From Azolla caroliniana (Eukaryota > Plantae > Polypodiophyta): a stretch of 64,000 nucleotides of DNA. Below are positions 38,279 through 51,824 of the stretch, piece by piece. The stretch is taken from positions 10,106,001 to 10,170,000 of the forward strand of contig JBHGNT010000011.1 in assembly GCA_043228905.1 (NCBI GenBank), in the 5' to 3' direction. The notes beneath the pieces are model-generated. The model saw only the letters and a program-made list of their open reading frames with translations. It had not been told where the DNA came from and searched no databases. A program made the translations under genes and the position numbers. Within the stretch, counting starts at the first letter, position 1. Each line of letters begins with the position of its first letter.

Positions 38279-41200
38279 TTAATTCGCATCCGGTCTGGCT
38301 AGACCCCTATCCAAATGGTGGGACTTGCCGGTTGCGGGACTGCCTGCCGTTGCGTTGTTCTTGCTGTTTGCCGGCTCGTGCTCCCTCTTGCCGATTGCGA
38401 ATTGTGTTGCCGTTTCATCCGACTTACCGATGTCCGGCTCTGTGTTGGCCTTGTTCAAATGGGTTTCTTGGCATGGGTCCATTGTATGGTTTGAGTCAGA
38501 ACCCATTGACCCATTTACCTAGAACCTCGCCGACGAGTGTCCCTAACTGGTACAAAACGTTGCACTCACGCGTAATCCAGTATGGTCCGGTCCACTGAAA
38601 CCGTAGCTTCCCCGACATCTTACCCATCCAGGTCTGGAATACTAGTACTGCTTACCGATTCCGAACATCTTTTTGTTCCCTTTCTGGTGACGATCCACGA
38701 ACGCTTTCCTTCGCCACTACTCTAGTTCTAGGTGCATGATGTTGGCTAGCCGGTGTTCTTCCAATTCGCACAGCGCGGCTAACCAGATAGCTTCCGATTC
38801 CTTCTCATTTAGACGTTCCCGAATCTGTATTCGTAAACTCGGTACCTGGAACTCTACCGGCATCACTGCTTCCAATCCGAATGCTAGGCGAAATGGTGTT
38901 GTGCGGATACTTGTCTTATATGCCGTTCGGTAGGCCTAGAGTGAAATGTGTAGCTTTGTATCCCAATTTGTCCGGTTCTCATTGACGATTTTTCGCAGGA
39001 TGTTCTGTAGTGTTTTATTTGTTGACTTAGCTAATCCGTTGGCTTGCGGATAATAGGGAGTGCTCCGTTTGTGCACCACCGCATAAAATGTCGTCAAACT
39101 TTCCTCTACTTGCCCTAAGAAGTGCCCACCTTGGTCACTTATTAGCTCTATCGGACATCCATATCAGCACCAGATGCATTCATATAAAAATTTTGCCGTG
39201 GATGCCGCGGTGTTGTCACGTAGTACTTTGGCTTCCACCCATTTTGTGCAATAATCCATAGCTACTATTACGTATCGGTTGCCGGTTCTCATTGCTGGTG
39301 GTTTGAATGGACCGACAAATCCAACCCCCATTTCTGAAATGGTTCTAACGGTAGCACGGGCTGGTGAGGCATCCTGGCTTGTTCGGTTGGTTGGCCCATT
39401 CGCTGACATAGGTCGCATTCTTTAGCATACCGAACTGCATCCTTCAATGTTGTCGGCCACCATAGTCCACTCTGCCATATATTCCTTGTCGTAGCGTCTC
39501 CGGCATAATGTCCTCCAGCCACTCTGCAGTGTGCTTCGCGCAATATTATTCCCTTTTCGTCGCTGCGCATTGCACGCTGCCATATGCCATCTGTGCCTTT
39601 GTGGTATAGTGTGCGCTTGTAATAGACAGAAGTGCCGGCTTTGAACCGCTAAGTGTTTCCTTTCATCTCTGTTCATCTCCTCCGGAGGTAAGCCGATGCT
39701 CAAAAATTGGTGCATGTTGGTGAGTTACTTGTCTTCCTCTGCGACCGTACCATCCGTTGTCGTTTTTGCTGTGACTCTAAACAGCTCTGCATCCGGAAAG
39801 TCGTCTGGGACGCCGTCACCGGTTTCGCCGGAATCTAACCGGCTCAAATAGTCTGCTACTGCATGTTGTATGTCGGGTCGGTGGAATATCTCGAACTCGA
39901 ATTCTTGTAATAGTAACGTCCACCAGGCCAGCTTACCGATGAGTGATGCTTTGGACACCAAGTAGAGGAGTGTCGAATGATCTACATGAAAGGAAAGTTT
40001 CCTTCCCAACAGATAGTGTCTAAACTTGGTGACACTGTAGATCATACCCAAGGCCTCTCTTTCCATTATGGAATAATTACGTTCCGCTTGGGACAGCTTC
40101 CGGCTGGCATAATACACTGGCCGGTACCATTTCGGTTCTGTAAGTTGCATCAGCGCGCTCCCGATTGCGATGTCGGACGCGTCAACGAACACATGGAACT
40201 CTTTAGACCAGTCCGGAGGTTGCACCACCGGCGTTTGTGACAACAGTACTTTTAGTGCCTGGTAAGCCTGGTCTTCTGTGTCCGTCCATCGAAATGGTGT
40301 ACGATGTACTGCGGCATGCAATGGTGTAGCCAGGTCTGCCAGATACCGGAGCATTCGGCTATGCCACCGAATTTGTCCTAAGAACCAGCTTAGTGCCTTT
40401 GTCGTGGCTGGTGCCGGTGCCTCTAGGATTGCCTTTACTTTGTCCGGATCCACTGCGATGCCGTCCTTGCTCACTATGTGGCCTAGTAACGCTCCGATGG
40501 TTACTCCGAACACGCATTTTGCCAGGTTAAGGCTTAGCCGGTAAACCCTACATTTCTCCAAACATAGTCGGAGGTGCTGAAGGTGATCCCCTTCCCGGCT
40601 ATAAACAGCGAAGTCGTCCAAGAACACCTGCATGAATGCCAAAATGAATTCTCTAAATATCTCCATGATGATCTGCTGGAAGGTTGTCGGCACCGTTTTC
40701 AGTCCAAACATCATCACTACGGCAACAAAGACTCCCCATTCGGTGACAAAAGCGGTTTTCTCCTGGTCGGAGGGGTGCATCTGGATCTGATTATAGCCGC
40801 TGAAACCGTCTAGAAAACTGTACACCTCATGACCGGCGACCGCATCTAGGACTCCATCCGTGAATGGAAGTGGGAAGGCGTCCGTTACCGTAGCCGCATT
40901 CAATTTCTCGTAGTCGACGCACACTCTTATCTTACCGTTCTTTTTGGGTACTACAACTATCGGACTGAGCCATGTGGCTTTCTTTACCGGTCAGATGAAG
41001 CCCACTCTTAGCAACTTGTCGATTTCTTCTTTGACTTTTGTTGCGTAATTCGGGTTCATCCGGTAACACCGTTGCACTACCGGTTTGGCGTCTTTACTCA
41101 TATGTATCTGGTGTTGATACAACTGAGGATCGAGTCCCCGCATGTCCTCGTAGGACCAGGCGAACACATCGCGAAATTCTTTTAGGAGTGTGATCATTGC

Positions 41201-43305
41201 CGTTTTGTTCTCCGGGGTCATTTCCTTGGCGATGTGTACCGGTCTTGTGTCCTCTATGGTACCTAGGTTTACCTCTTCTAGTTGGGATGCTTTCACACAC
41301 TGCGACACTGCCATTTCTCTTTCCAGTGCCTCCTGTGCTTGCCGTAATTCCCGGATTGCTTCTTTATCGGGTTCCTCGTCGGTCCCGTCTGGTTGCAGTA
41401 TGTACGGTGATACTACTTCGGCTACATCAATTTCGAATAGAGGTACAATCTTCGGATTTTCCTGTAAGTATTTATCGATCTCTTCGTCCGCCAATCCTTC
41501 CAGCATGTTGACACATTCCGCATATAGCGGCGTTGATTCCTTATCGGTTCCGAACCGTGGTTGAGTCCGTACTCGCACTTTCTCTTTTCCATGCCGGAAC
41601 GTAATGATATTCTTCCTCCAGTTTTGCTTGATGTGTGTTGTTTTTAATCAAGGGCGTCCCAACAATAGAGGTAAGCTCCCTGAGCCTGTAGCTGGAAAAC
41701 TACTGCAGAAATGCAAAATGTGTGACCCCCGATGGTCACTTCCAGATCACGTATGATTCCGGTCGGCCGTACGGAGCTTGTGTCCGCCATCCGAAGCCAA
41801 AATGGGCATGGTTCCCAGTCATGGATTCCAAGAGTGTTACACGTTCGGAGGCTGATCACGTTCACGCCGGATCCTCCATCGATAATCGTGTCGGGTAGCT
41901 CTTTTCCTTTCATGATGGTTGTGATTGCCGGACTGCTTGTGTCTACCACTACCAGTCCTTCCTCCAAATTTGAAACGAATGTAGGAGTTGGTGGCATGTT
42001 GGCTGCCGTCCTTCTTGTCTTCAGTTTTTCTGTGAAGTGTGGTACCAGTTGCAATAGCCGGCCTAACGGGAGCATTATTTGGCATTTTTGCAACGCCTTC
42101 CATGTTGGGTTTTCGGGCTGCCCCGGGCCGGTGAGCTCTTCGGCATTCTCCTTTTGTTGTTCGAACTCAGCCGCATTTCACTCGTTTGCCTTCTTCACCC
42201 ATTCGGTTGCCTACTTCTGGATGGCTTCTTGAGTTTCCCACTCCGTGGCTTTGCCCTTTGATCTTGTAGTGACTTGTTGTATGTCTGCGACTTTCGCGTC
42301 TACCATGTTCACCGTTGGTCGCTTGTTGTAGCTCTTCGCCGGACATTGATTACTATAATGGCCTTCTTGTCGGCAATAATAGCAGTACGGCTTCCGGGTG
42401 TTGTTGGATTCGGCGTGTGTGCTTGGTAGAGGTCCTATGGTAAGTGCTTGGTTTTGGTCCGGTTGGCTGGTTGGAGCGCCCTTTTCCGGTTCCCGTGGAT
42501 GACCCCCCTTTTTGTTGAAATGATGTTTCTTATTGAAATTCTTTTTGTTGCGGTAACCTTGTCGGGGCTGGTCATCATACTTGCCATAGTTGTCCCGTCG
42601 TTGGTTGTAACCAAGGGAGTGATCCCAGTTGTATCTCTCATACCGTCCATTATAGTCCCGGTATCTATCCTGTCTGTCATACCAGTCATAAGCGTCTCTT
42701 CGATCGCTATACCAGACATCTTGTGCTGGCTGGTAGCGCTCCTCTCGCCGCCAATGTTCTTCTTCTTCCTCCCGGTTGCTTCGTGGTTCAATTTGCCGGA
42801 CCGGTGGTGCTTGTCGATTTAACAAGTTATACTCACACCGTTCCATTGTGTGACTTTTGGAGTGGAAGAGCAAGCATTGGGAACGCATGGTGCATTCTAG
42901 CGCCGAATGTCCGACATTCAAGCATGTTGTACATTGAATTGCTTGCTGGAAACGGAGGTCCTCATCTGTCGGTAGTGCACGCTGAAGTGCGCCCATGGTT
43001 AGCCATGAACTTGAGTTTTCCATTTCCCGAACTCGGTCGATCACTTGATCTATGCTGCTGGTGCGGAAATCAATGATGGTGCACACCGTTCGTAAGGGTT
43101 CCCGGAGTGCTGCTAAGAATATGGCCTTTGTTTCTTCCTCCGGTGGTGTCCGGCTGAGCGTGTGGATCCGCTGGAACCGGATGACAAACTGTTGAATGTT
43201 CTCTGTTGGTTCTTGCCGGATACTGTAAAATAAGCCTACCATTTCCCGCTGGTCCATCTCCTTGTGAAAGAAATGCAAGAATTTTGTCTTTAATGTTTCA
43301 AACAT
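38279..43305 (-). pseudogene. Element A gag (3' part)-protease-RT-RNase H-integrase
   Basis: CCHC-type knuckles (CTTCLNVGHSALEC, CYYCRQEGHYSNQC), protease IIDGGSGVN, RT SFLDGFSGYNQI and VFLDD, RH VFVDASD, IN FQKWG..VGP and DYCTKWVEAK; many stops and frameshifts. Confidence 0.93.
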
Positions 43306-44369
43306 TGTCGTGAAGATTTTCGGCAATAGTGTGAAAATCCCATAAAACGTACAAAATCGAGTATGAATCACGTAATACAATAATTGTGAAGATAACATTT
43401 TTAATATCTAAGTACAAAATGATGGAGGTTTCGAATGCACTTTATTACACGATAAAAGGACAACTAAATGTCAAGATATGAGGGTATAAAGTTTGTGAAA
43501 AGAAAAGAGAAAATTGTGAGATATCCCACATAGGCACGACAAATACGGCTCTCATCATATATAAGGTGGAGCAAAAGATATTATCTTTGTGTCTATGTGT
43601 GGAGCATAGAGAGTTCAAGGTAACTTGAACTTAGAGTGGAGGTGGCTAGCTACTCGAAAAGGGTTTTGGCCAACCAAAACCGGACCAGCGATGGAGCCGG
43701 TGATCCGACGGCGGCATCCGACCGCAATCCGGCGGCGGCATGCGGCACCGGTATCCGGCGGCGGCATCCGGCGTCGGCGTCGACATCCGGCGGCAGCACC
43801 GGTATCCGGCGTCGACATTCGGCGGCGGCACTGGCATCCGGCGAACCGACGACTAGATAAAATAAATATATAAAAATATATACATATTTACATATATACA
43901 AGGAGGGCAAGTATGGATTCAAACCTTGCACCTCCAAGTTAGGAGTCAAATGGCTTACCATTAAGCCATGGTATTTAGTTGAAATTATATTTCTATCATT
44001 GTACTTTTACATGTAAATTCTCATCCATGAGTGCTAAAATGAGTGACATGGTTAGCATGCACCACATGTAATACTTAAGCGCCAAATGGCAAACATGCAA
44101 TTTATGCATGTCTTGTACCCTCACATGCATCATATGCATGAGAGCATCTATAAAAGAGGGAAGGGGGAGGAGAAAAACACGGGGTTTTTTTATGAAAATT
44201 AAGAGGAAGAAATTCGTTATCAAATTGATCGTGTAAACTCAAATTCTCTCTTTTCCAATCTATCTTAAGTACTTTCTCGCCAAAGCTTGTATTGACTCTA
44301 AATCCTTCTGGTCCAGAACCCCGGCGGTTCCGCCTCACGATCCGCGCGTAGTGACGGATCTTCACGACA
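43306..44369 (+). repeat. Element B 5' LTR (1064 bp) with GC-rich internal repeats and a tRNA-like module
   Basis: Aligns with 57304-57736 plus 61232-61809. Confidence 0.95.
43902..43973 (-). promoter_or_regulatory. tRNA-like Pol III A-box/B-box module in the B LTR (second copy 61342-61413)
   Basis: Minus strand TGGCTTAATGGTAAGCC...TGGAGGTGCAAGGTTTGAATCC; the second copy has GGTTCAAATCC. Confidence 0.6.
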
Positions 44370-44377
44370 TAATCAAG

Positions 44378-44395
44378 TGGTGAACCCGACGTGAA
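44378..44395 (+). promoter_or_regulatory. Element B primer-binding site, tRNA-Trp
   Basis: TGGTGAACCCGACGTGAA, 8 nt after the LTR; complement of the remembered plant tRNA-Trp 3' end. Confidence 0.85.
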
Positions 44396-46101
44396 CGAGG
44401 CGGTAGGAAGGATCAAGTCGAGATTAATACTTGGAGATGGCGTCCTCAAGCAACCAAGCAGGAGAGCTCGAAAGGATGATGCTAATCGTCGAGCAAATGA
44501 TGAGATCTCGGGACAACGACACGAGCGTGGAGAAGGCTGTCGATCGTGTCGTAGAGCTCGAGGGCCAATTCGATGGAAGGAACGTTACGAAGTTCCTTGA
44601 TGCATATAAGAGGGAGATGAATCAAAGGGACGTGTCCGAGGCACATCAAATCGCAAGCTTCAAGAGAGTTGTCGCCAACAACATCCAAAGACGCGTCATC
44701 GAGCTTCAAGAAGGAAAGACAACATGGTCCGAGTTCGAGAAAACGATACTAGCGGAGTTCGTGACTGAAGACTCAACGAGGATGACTCGACATGCCCTGA
44801 TGAAGTGGATAGAGAAGAAGAATAAGAAGATGAGCGTCTCGAGGGTGTACGACGAATTCGACCAGATGTTTAGTCGTCTCCCCAATACGGACCAAGTGTT
44901 TCTTGAAGAGGACAAGACTTTGTACTTCTTGAAGGCCGTGGACATAAAGGATAGACGGGAGTTGGGGACTCTTCTCGAAGATGATACCCAAGCAAATGGG
45001 CTCGTAGCAGACTGGATCGCGGTGAAGCGGGCATGCAATAGGCTCGACAAGCGTCGCCAATGGGTTGATGACACCGACTTGACGGGACCGACTACCACGG
45101 AGAAAGCAAGACCGCCGAAAGTAGCTGAGCCGCTGAGACAAAGTAACGTGGAAGAAAAGAAGATTGATGACGACATCATTGAAGAGCTAGCGAAGAAGTT
45201 CGAGAAGGTCACTCTAGCCAACATGAATCGTCGGGGCCCTAAAGGAAAAGAACCCTTTAGATGCGCAATAGCATGGACCACATGAGAAGGGATTGTGCAA
45301 GCCTTCGAGAGGCGATTCGACAAAATATCGTATACATAGAGGACAACATGATCTGCTCAAGCGAGACTAGAAGACCCCTATGGGTGAATTTCGGAAGAGG
45401 AGGAATGAAGAGATCTATGGAGGATGCCGATGCGACTCATGTGGATGCGATGCACTATGGTGCGTCAGCCGAAATAAGAGTCGGGAAAGACAAGACTGAA
45501 GCTGCTAGAGCGGGAGCAAAGTTTTGGACTTCCGTTCTCGAATATGAGAAGAAGGGAAAAGTCACATCGAACGAGGTAGAGCTTGCAGACCGAAGCGTTC
45601 AAAGCATAACCGGGTGGTCGTGTTAAGAGTCTATTACTAATCAATAGACCAAATCAAGTAAAAAGGAAGAAAATAGATTGGATAGAAGAACCCGTTCCAC
45701 CCGACCACCCCCGAGCTATGATCTAGACATAGCCAACCTACCACCGACGTCCCATACCGCCGGATATTAGGATGACTAATACCTTGGAAGAGATAAACAC
45801 GATCGTCGAGACGAAAGCCTAGCCCGCACCACCGGTGTCTACGACAGCAGCCTTCCGACGTGATGATCTCTATGAGGGTAGCTAAGCCTCATATTTATAC
45901 CTTTTCCTAGGCCCCTTGAATAGATGTGCCTTTCTAAAAGGCTCTCTATTCATTGGTTGTCTAAATCATGATAGTGCATGCACATATCATTCATTCTATC
46001 CAATCATTAGTCCCCTTTTTAATAATAGTGAACATACCCTTCACTAATGTAAATATTAGTGACCTACCCTCACCAACGTTATGTGTACATAACATACTCC
46101 C

Positions 46102-49100
46102 CTACTTCAAAAGATTGCACTCTTGCAATATAAAGTGAGGAAATTGTGCCTTAAGCGAATGCTCGCGTTCCCATGTGGCATCATCAATAGGTTTATCCAT
46201 CGATTTGATCTTGAATAGCCGAATCTCTTTAGAACGTAAACGTTTAGTACGAGAATCAAGAATTCGTTCAGGAACATGAGGTTTGTAAGAAAAATCCTCT
46301 AATGTTACAAGATCTTGGATTGTGATGGTGTTATCACCAGAGCCTAAAAATGGTTTTAGACGACTGACGTGAAAAACAGGATGAATACCAACGTTACGAG
46401 GTAAGGCAAGGTGATAAGCAGATGACCCAACTCGCTTAAGGATTTCAAATGGGCCACAATATCGTGGGGCTAACTTAGCGCACTTGCCCGTAGATAATGA
46501 CGTAGAATCAGTCGGGACACGCAAAAAAACTTTTTGACCAATAGTAAATGCACGAGGACGTCTATCCTGATCAGCATAAAATCGAGCACGATCTTGAGCT
46601 GTCTTGACATTTTCTTTGGCAATATGCAACATTTGGTTCATGTCTTGCAAAAAATTGCGTGTACTGTCTAATGTATCACGATGAATCGTGACATCAACTG
46701 GGGCACGTGGCTGAAAACCATACATCAACATAAAAGGACTATATCCAGTGGATGTATGTTTAGAGCTATTATAGGCAAATTCTAAGATAGGAAGGTATTG
46801 CTCCCACTTAGAAGGGGTTTTTGCTACATAAGCTCGAAGCATGTCCTCAATAATTTGATTAACTCGTTCAGTTTGTCCATCAGACTGAGGATGATCTGCG
46901 GAACTCATGCTCAACGTAGTTTCTAGTTTCTTAAAGACCTGAGTCCAAAAGTCACTAGTAAACTTGGAATCTCGATCACTAACAATATCCATCGGTAATC
47001 CATAAAAACGAAATAACTCATCAACAAATTGATAAGCCAACTATTGAGCGGTTACCGTGGTTTTTGTAGGAATAAATCTAGCTAATTTTGTTAGCCTGTC
47101 AACGACAACCCATATGGCATCATGACCCCTCTGTGTACGAGGTAAACTAACAATAAAATCCATCGAGATACTTTCCCATTTATTGTTGGGAATATCTAAG
47201 GGATGTAAAAGACCAGCAGCTTTAAGTCGTTCCGACTTATTAATCTGACATTGTAAGCATTGAGTTACGTATTTATGCACGTCAGAGCGCATCTTAGGCC
47301 AGAAAAAAGTACACGAGATGAGAACGAGTGTGCGTTGTATTCCAGGATGACCAGCAGATGGTGCATCATGACATTCATGAAAAAATTTCTGTTTAACATT
47401 TGGTAAATCTGGAACACAGACCTTTCCACTACGGTAGAGCAAACCGTTTGTAATGTGAAAGGTCGCCTTCGAGGGTAGGGTGCTAGTATCGGCATCTAAA
47501 CCAGATTCGGCTTTCGTCCAGTATTTTGAGAAATAACTGTCATCAAGGTATTTCCCTCGAAGGTGATCTAAAAGATCAGATTTTATTTCCGTGAAGCTAA
47601 GCATGTTAACTTGTTTAATGCGACTAAGAGCATCAGCAACGGTGTTCATAGAACCCTTGCGATATCGTATGGAAAAATCAAAATCTTGCATAAGGTCAGC
47701 CCAACGGCCTTTACGACCAACAAGATCGGGCTGGTCACAAAAATACTTTAATGATTGATGGTCTGTTGTAACCACAAATTTATTTCCATAGAGATAGTGC
47801 CTCCATGTTTTAAGTGCGTGTATCACCGCAAACAACTCTTTCTCTTGAACCGAATACCTAGATTGAGCAGCATCAAGCTTCTTACTTTCAAAAGCGATAG
47901 GGTGACCACCTTGATAAAGAACGGCACCAATAGCATAATCACTAGCATCGGTTTCAATTGAGAAAGGCTTAGAAGGGTCTGGTAATAGAAGAGTGGGAGC
48001 CTGACACACATGCTCCTTGAGTGTCTCAAATGATTTGTCAAGTTGTTCATTCCATGAAATTGGTTTGACAGACTTACGTGGATGACCTTTTAAAAGGTCA
48101 GTTAATGGCGTAGTCAATTTGGAATAGTTACGAATTGATTTTCGTAAAAATCCAACAAACCCTAAGAATGATCTAAGTTCACGAATATTACAAGGAATGG
48201 GCCAAAGTTTAACCTTTTCAATACGAGAAGGTTCAATTTCAACGCCATTTTCTGTAATTAAATGACCTAGGTACACAATAGATTTTTGGAAGAAGTCACA
48301 TTTTGAATGTTTTGCATAGAAAGAGTTGTCACGCAACTTTCGCAAAACAAATCGAACATGTTGAACATGATCTTGCAAGGTACGGCTATATATCAAAATA
48401 TCATCCAAGAAGACGACAACAAAATCACCGAGTTGATCTCGGAAAACATCATTCATCGCTTGTTGGAATGTGGCTGGAGCATTAGTCAACCCAAACGGCA
48501 TGACTAAAAACTCATAATGGCCATAGCGCGTACGAAAAGCGGTTTTAGGAATATCATCCTCGGCGATGCGAATCTGATGATAACCAGTTCGTAAGTCAAT
48601 TTTCGTAAAATATCGAGCCCCGTGCAAACGATCAATCAAATCATCGGCACGAGGTAATGGATATGCATTCTTAATTGTCATTTTATTCAAACGGCGATAA
48701 TTGATACACATTCGCCACAAACCTTCCTTCTTCTTGACTAATAGAACTGGCGCACCCCAAGGTGATTTACTATACCTAATGTGGCCCATACTCAAGTATT
48801 CCTTAAGTTGTTTAGCGATCTCATCCTCTTCTAATCGACTAAGTCGGTAAGGTGGAATGCTCACAGGAGCAGCCCCAGGGATGAGTTCAATTTGATGGTC
48901 CACATTACGTTTAGGTGGTAAAGTAAGCGGTAATTCAGTAGGAAACACATCTTGAAAATCCTCTAAAATAGAGTCGAGTAATCGTTGCTCAAAATGTGGT
49001 AATTGTGTGGCGTCAATATTAAAATAATAAAATTGAACCGCAGGATCAATTACACACGAATAAATTAATGAACTAGAATACTCACTTAAAGATTTAGAAG

Positions 49101-50505
49101 ACACAAGTGAATGAGAAGGAAGTTTGGAACATTGAATAAAATGTTTACAATTATTAAGTTCAAATGTGATTGAGTGATTAACCCAATCAATGGACAAAGA
49201 AGGGTTTTTATTAAAAAACCAAGGATATCCTAAAATGACATCTGCGGATTGTAATTTCATAACTTGAAAGTCAAGCTTCTCCAAATAAGTATCTATTTGA
49301 ATTGGCAGTTGACAAACAATGCCACTGATGTATTGAACGTTTCCATTTGCCATGTGAACTTGATAGATATGATCACTTGCGTTTATGTGGAGCTCCATTT
49401 GCTGCACAAAGTGATCATTAAGAAAATTGTGAGAACTACCGGAATCAAACAAGAAATGTGCTTGTGTTCCATTGATATATCCGACTGCTCGGAGTAAATC
49501 ATTAGGTCCAAGTAGATGTGAAGGAAAAGTGCATTCACATAAACTTAAGTGATTGGTATGAACTTCAACAATATCAAAAGACTCACCTGTGTGACTCGTA
49601 GATTTGTCTTGAGGAGGGGTGTTCATTGACTTCCTCTCAAGACGACGACAGGTATCCTTTGTGTGGCCCCGCTTCTTGCAATATGCACAGAAGAGGTTCG
49701 GTTTCTTTGAGTCGCGGTCAAGAGTGTCACTGGATTGCTTACGTTTCCCAATGAACTTGACATTCGGAGTTTTGGCGAACTCAGGTTTATTGTGGTCTTT
49801 CTTGGAAGTCCTATGGTATCGCAGCACAATGTTGACGGCTTCCTCGAAAGTTGTGGGGTCCTTGTCATGGACAATCCAATGATAATCCCCATTGGGAATA
49901 CCATTCAAAAAACAAGCGACAAACCATTTCTCACCCGTAAGTCCCGATTTTTGGATCTGGGTCCGAGCGTGATGCACATAATCCTCGAGAGAGGTAAATG
50001 GCTTACTAGACAATGTGAGCAAGTGTTGCGCTTGTTCGGTTTGAGAAGGTGGCTGCAAGAATTGTTTCTTAAAAACATCAACGAAACCTTCCCAAGTTGT
50101 GGGTAAGTTTTTTGCGGTCCTTAGGCCACGCCACCAAGCAGCAGCCCGGCCACCTAACTCACGACCGACATAACCAATTTTTACTGCATCGGGCTTGGGA
50201 TGAAGCTCAAAGTGAGACTCCCAACGACCAAGCCAAGTGCTAATGGCCTCCTCGGTTCTTTCTTTCTTATCTCCCTTGAAAGGCGTGACTACGAAGGAAG
50301 GTTCACCTTCTTTCTTGGACTCAATAGTTAATTCTTGGAATTTCTTTTCCAATGCCATATTGGCCTGTCTCATTTCGGCCAATTGATTCAAGGTAGTAGT
50401 GAGCAATTGCTCAATAGTGATCTCAGCTTGTGTGCGAGATGCGGATTGGGGTTGAGAGGTCTCATTTGGAGAGATCGTTCCAACTGCGTTCAAAACTTGT
50501 TCCAT
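46102..50505 (-). CDS. Element C gag-PR-RT-RH-IN-chromodomain polyprotein with a single in-frame TAG at 47041-47043
   Basis: ORFs 47041-50505 and 46102-47040 abut in one frame. Motifs CAYCKKRGHTKDTC, LFDSGSSHNF, VFLDDILIYS, ETDASD, ISMDF, LAPRYCGPF, and chromodomain PERILD...DDATWE. Confidence 0.93.
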
Positions 50506-51509
50506 GATGCACGTTGTGGGTATGCAATAAAATAAGGAGGTTCAGAAAATACACAAGCAAAATGAATGCTTGAAATTTTGATTGAAAGAACTTTATCCAA
50601 GAAAGTATCTCATGTCTTTACCCCTCTAGACATATGAGATGTGATTCGAGATCCGATAACTATGGTAACACTATGGTGTTTTAAAAACCATGGGGGAAAA
50701 CATAGCTAAGATGTATTTCTCGGATCTCTATCTTGAGTAATCATGGCGGCTCCCCGAGGCTCAACCATGGTTCTTACATCAATGAAATTTCCTAGATAGC
50801 CTTATATTAATGCCAAGCCATCATGTATTATATGGTCGAGAAAGTGTATTACGTGAAAAAACAAGTGCACTCACAAGTAATATTCTAGTCTTGCGAGCAA
50901 TAAGCAAACGTGATGATAAAATGATAAAATAAGGCACTACTCATAAGAGTTAAGTAGTGACGAAAACAAGGGTAAAAAAAAAAGAACCCATGTGTTACCT
51001 ACGAAAAAAACAATGTCCCAAATAAATGGGAAGTGCAAGGTATGCACATATACATCCCAATATGATTGTTATAACTTGCACAATTGTGACATAAGCCACA
51101 AATTGATACAAGTGATGACAGTGTTGTGCGCAAAGATGTAATACTCAAATCCATGAGTAAAACATCAATAAGGGAACTCATATGGTTTTACTCGTTTTCT
51201 AAGGCTTGATGATAAGAGTTAAACCTAGATGACCCGTTGAAAAAAAATCGTTCAACAAGCCACTCCATACGAAAAAAATAGTCTACACGTAAAGGTTACA
51301 TTAAAATAAACGATGTAAATACTTTATACACGAAAAGGAAGTGGAAAAAGGAGAGTTAATTGTGGGCGGGTAAATAATAATTACTAGAAAATCATATAAG
51401 TGAAACAATACTTATGAAATTAAAATTTAATTAGAATAATCAACAATTAGGTGTATGGAATCAAACATGCCCTAAGATACGAAACCCTAGGGTAGTTGAC
51501 ATGCACCTC

Positions 51510-51824
51510 CTCAAGACCACCACATATCCCTAGAATCGGCCAAGTAATGGCTAATTAAAGAGGAAAGTGGCATAGGTAAGTGACATATACCCCGTCAAGG
51601 CCACATCATCCCTTAGAATCGGCCAATTGATGGCTAATTAAAAAGGAAAGTGGCATATGTAAGCTACATATACCTTGTCAAGGCCACAACATCCCATAGA
51701 ATCGGCCAATTGATGGCTTAATAGAGAGTAGAGTGGCATAGGTAGGCAACATACACCTCGTCAAGGCCACATCATCCCTTAGAATCGGCCAAGTGATGGC
51801 TCAATAGAGGGGAAGAGTGGTATA
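51510..51824. repeat. Four 83-bp tandem units in the element C 5' leader
   Basis: TAGAATCGGCC occurs at 51531, 51614, 51697 and 51780. Confidence 0.92.

Noticed and set aside
47035-47049. Programmed stop read-through in element C
   Set aside because: The context TAG TTG GCT lacks the CARYYA signal, and the stop splits the integrase core; a point mutation is simpler.
51510-51824. CRISPR-like array (also 10565-11350)
   Set aside because: Whole units are homologous, with no unique spacers and no cas genes, in a eukaryotic context.
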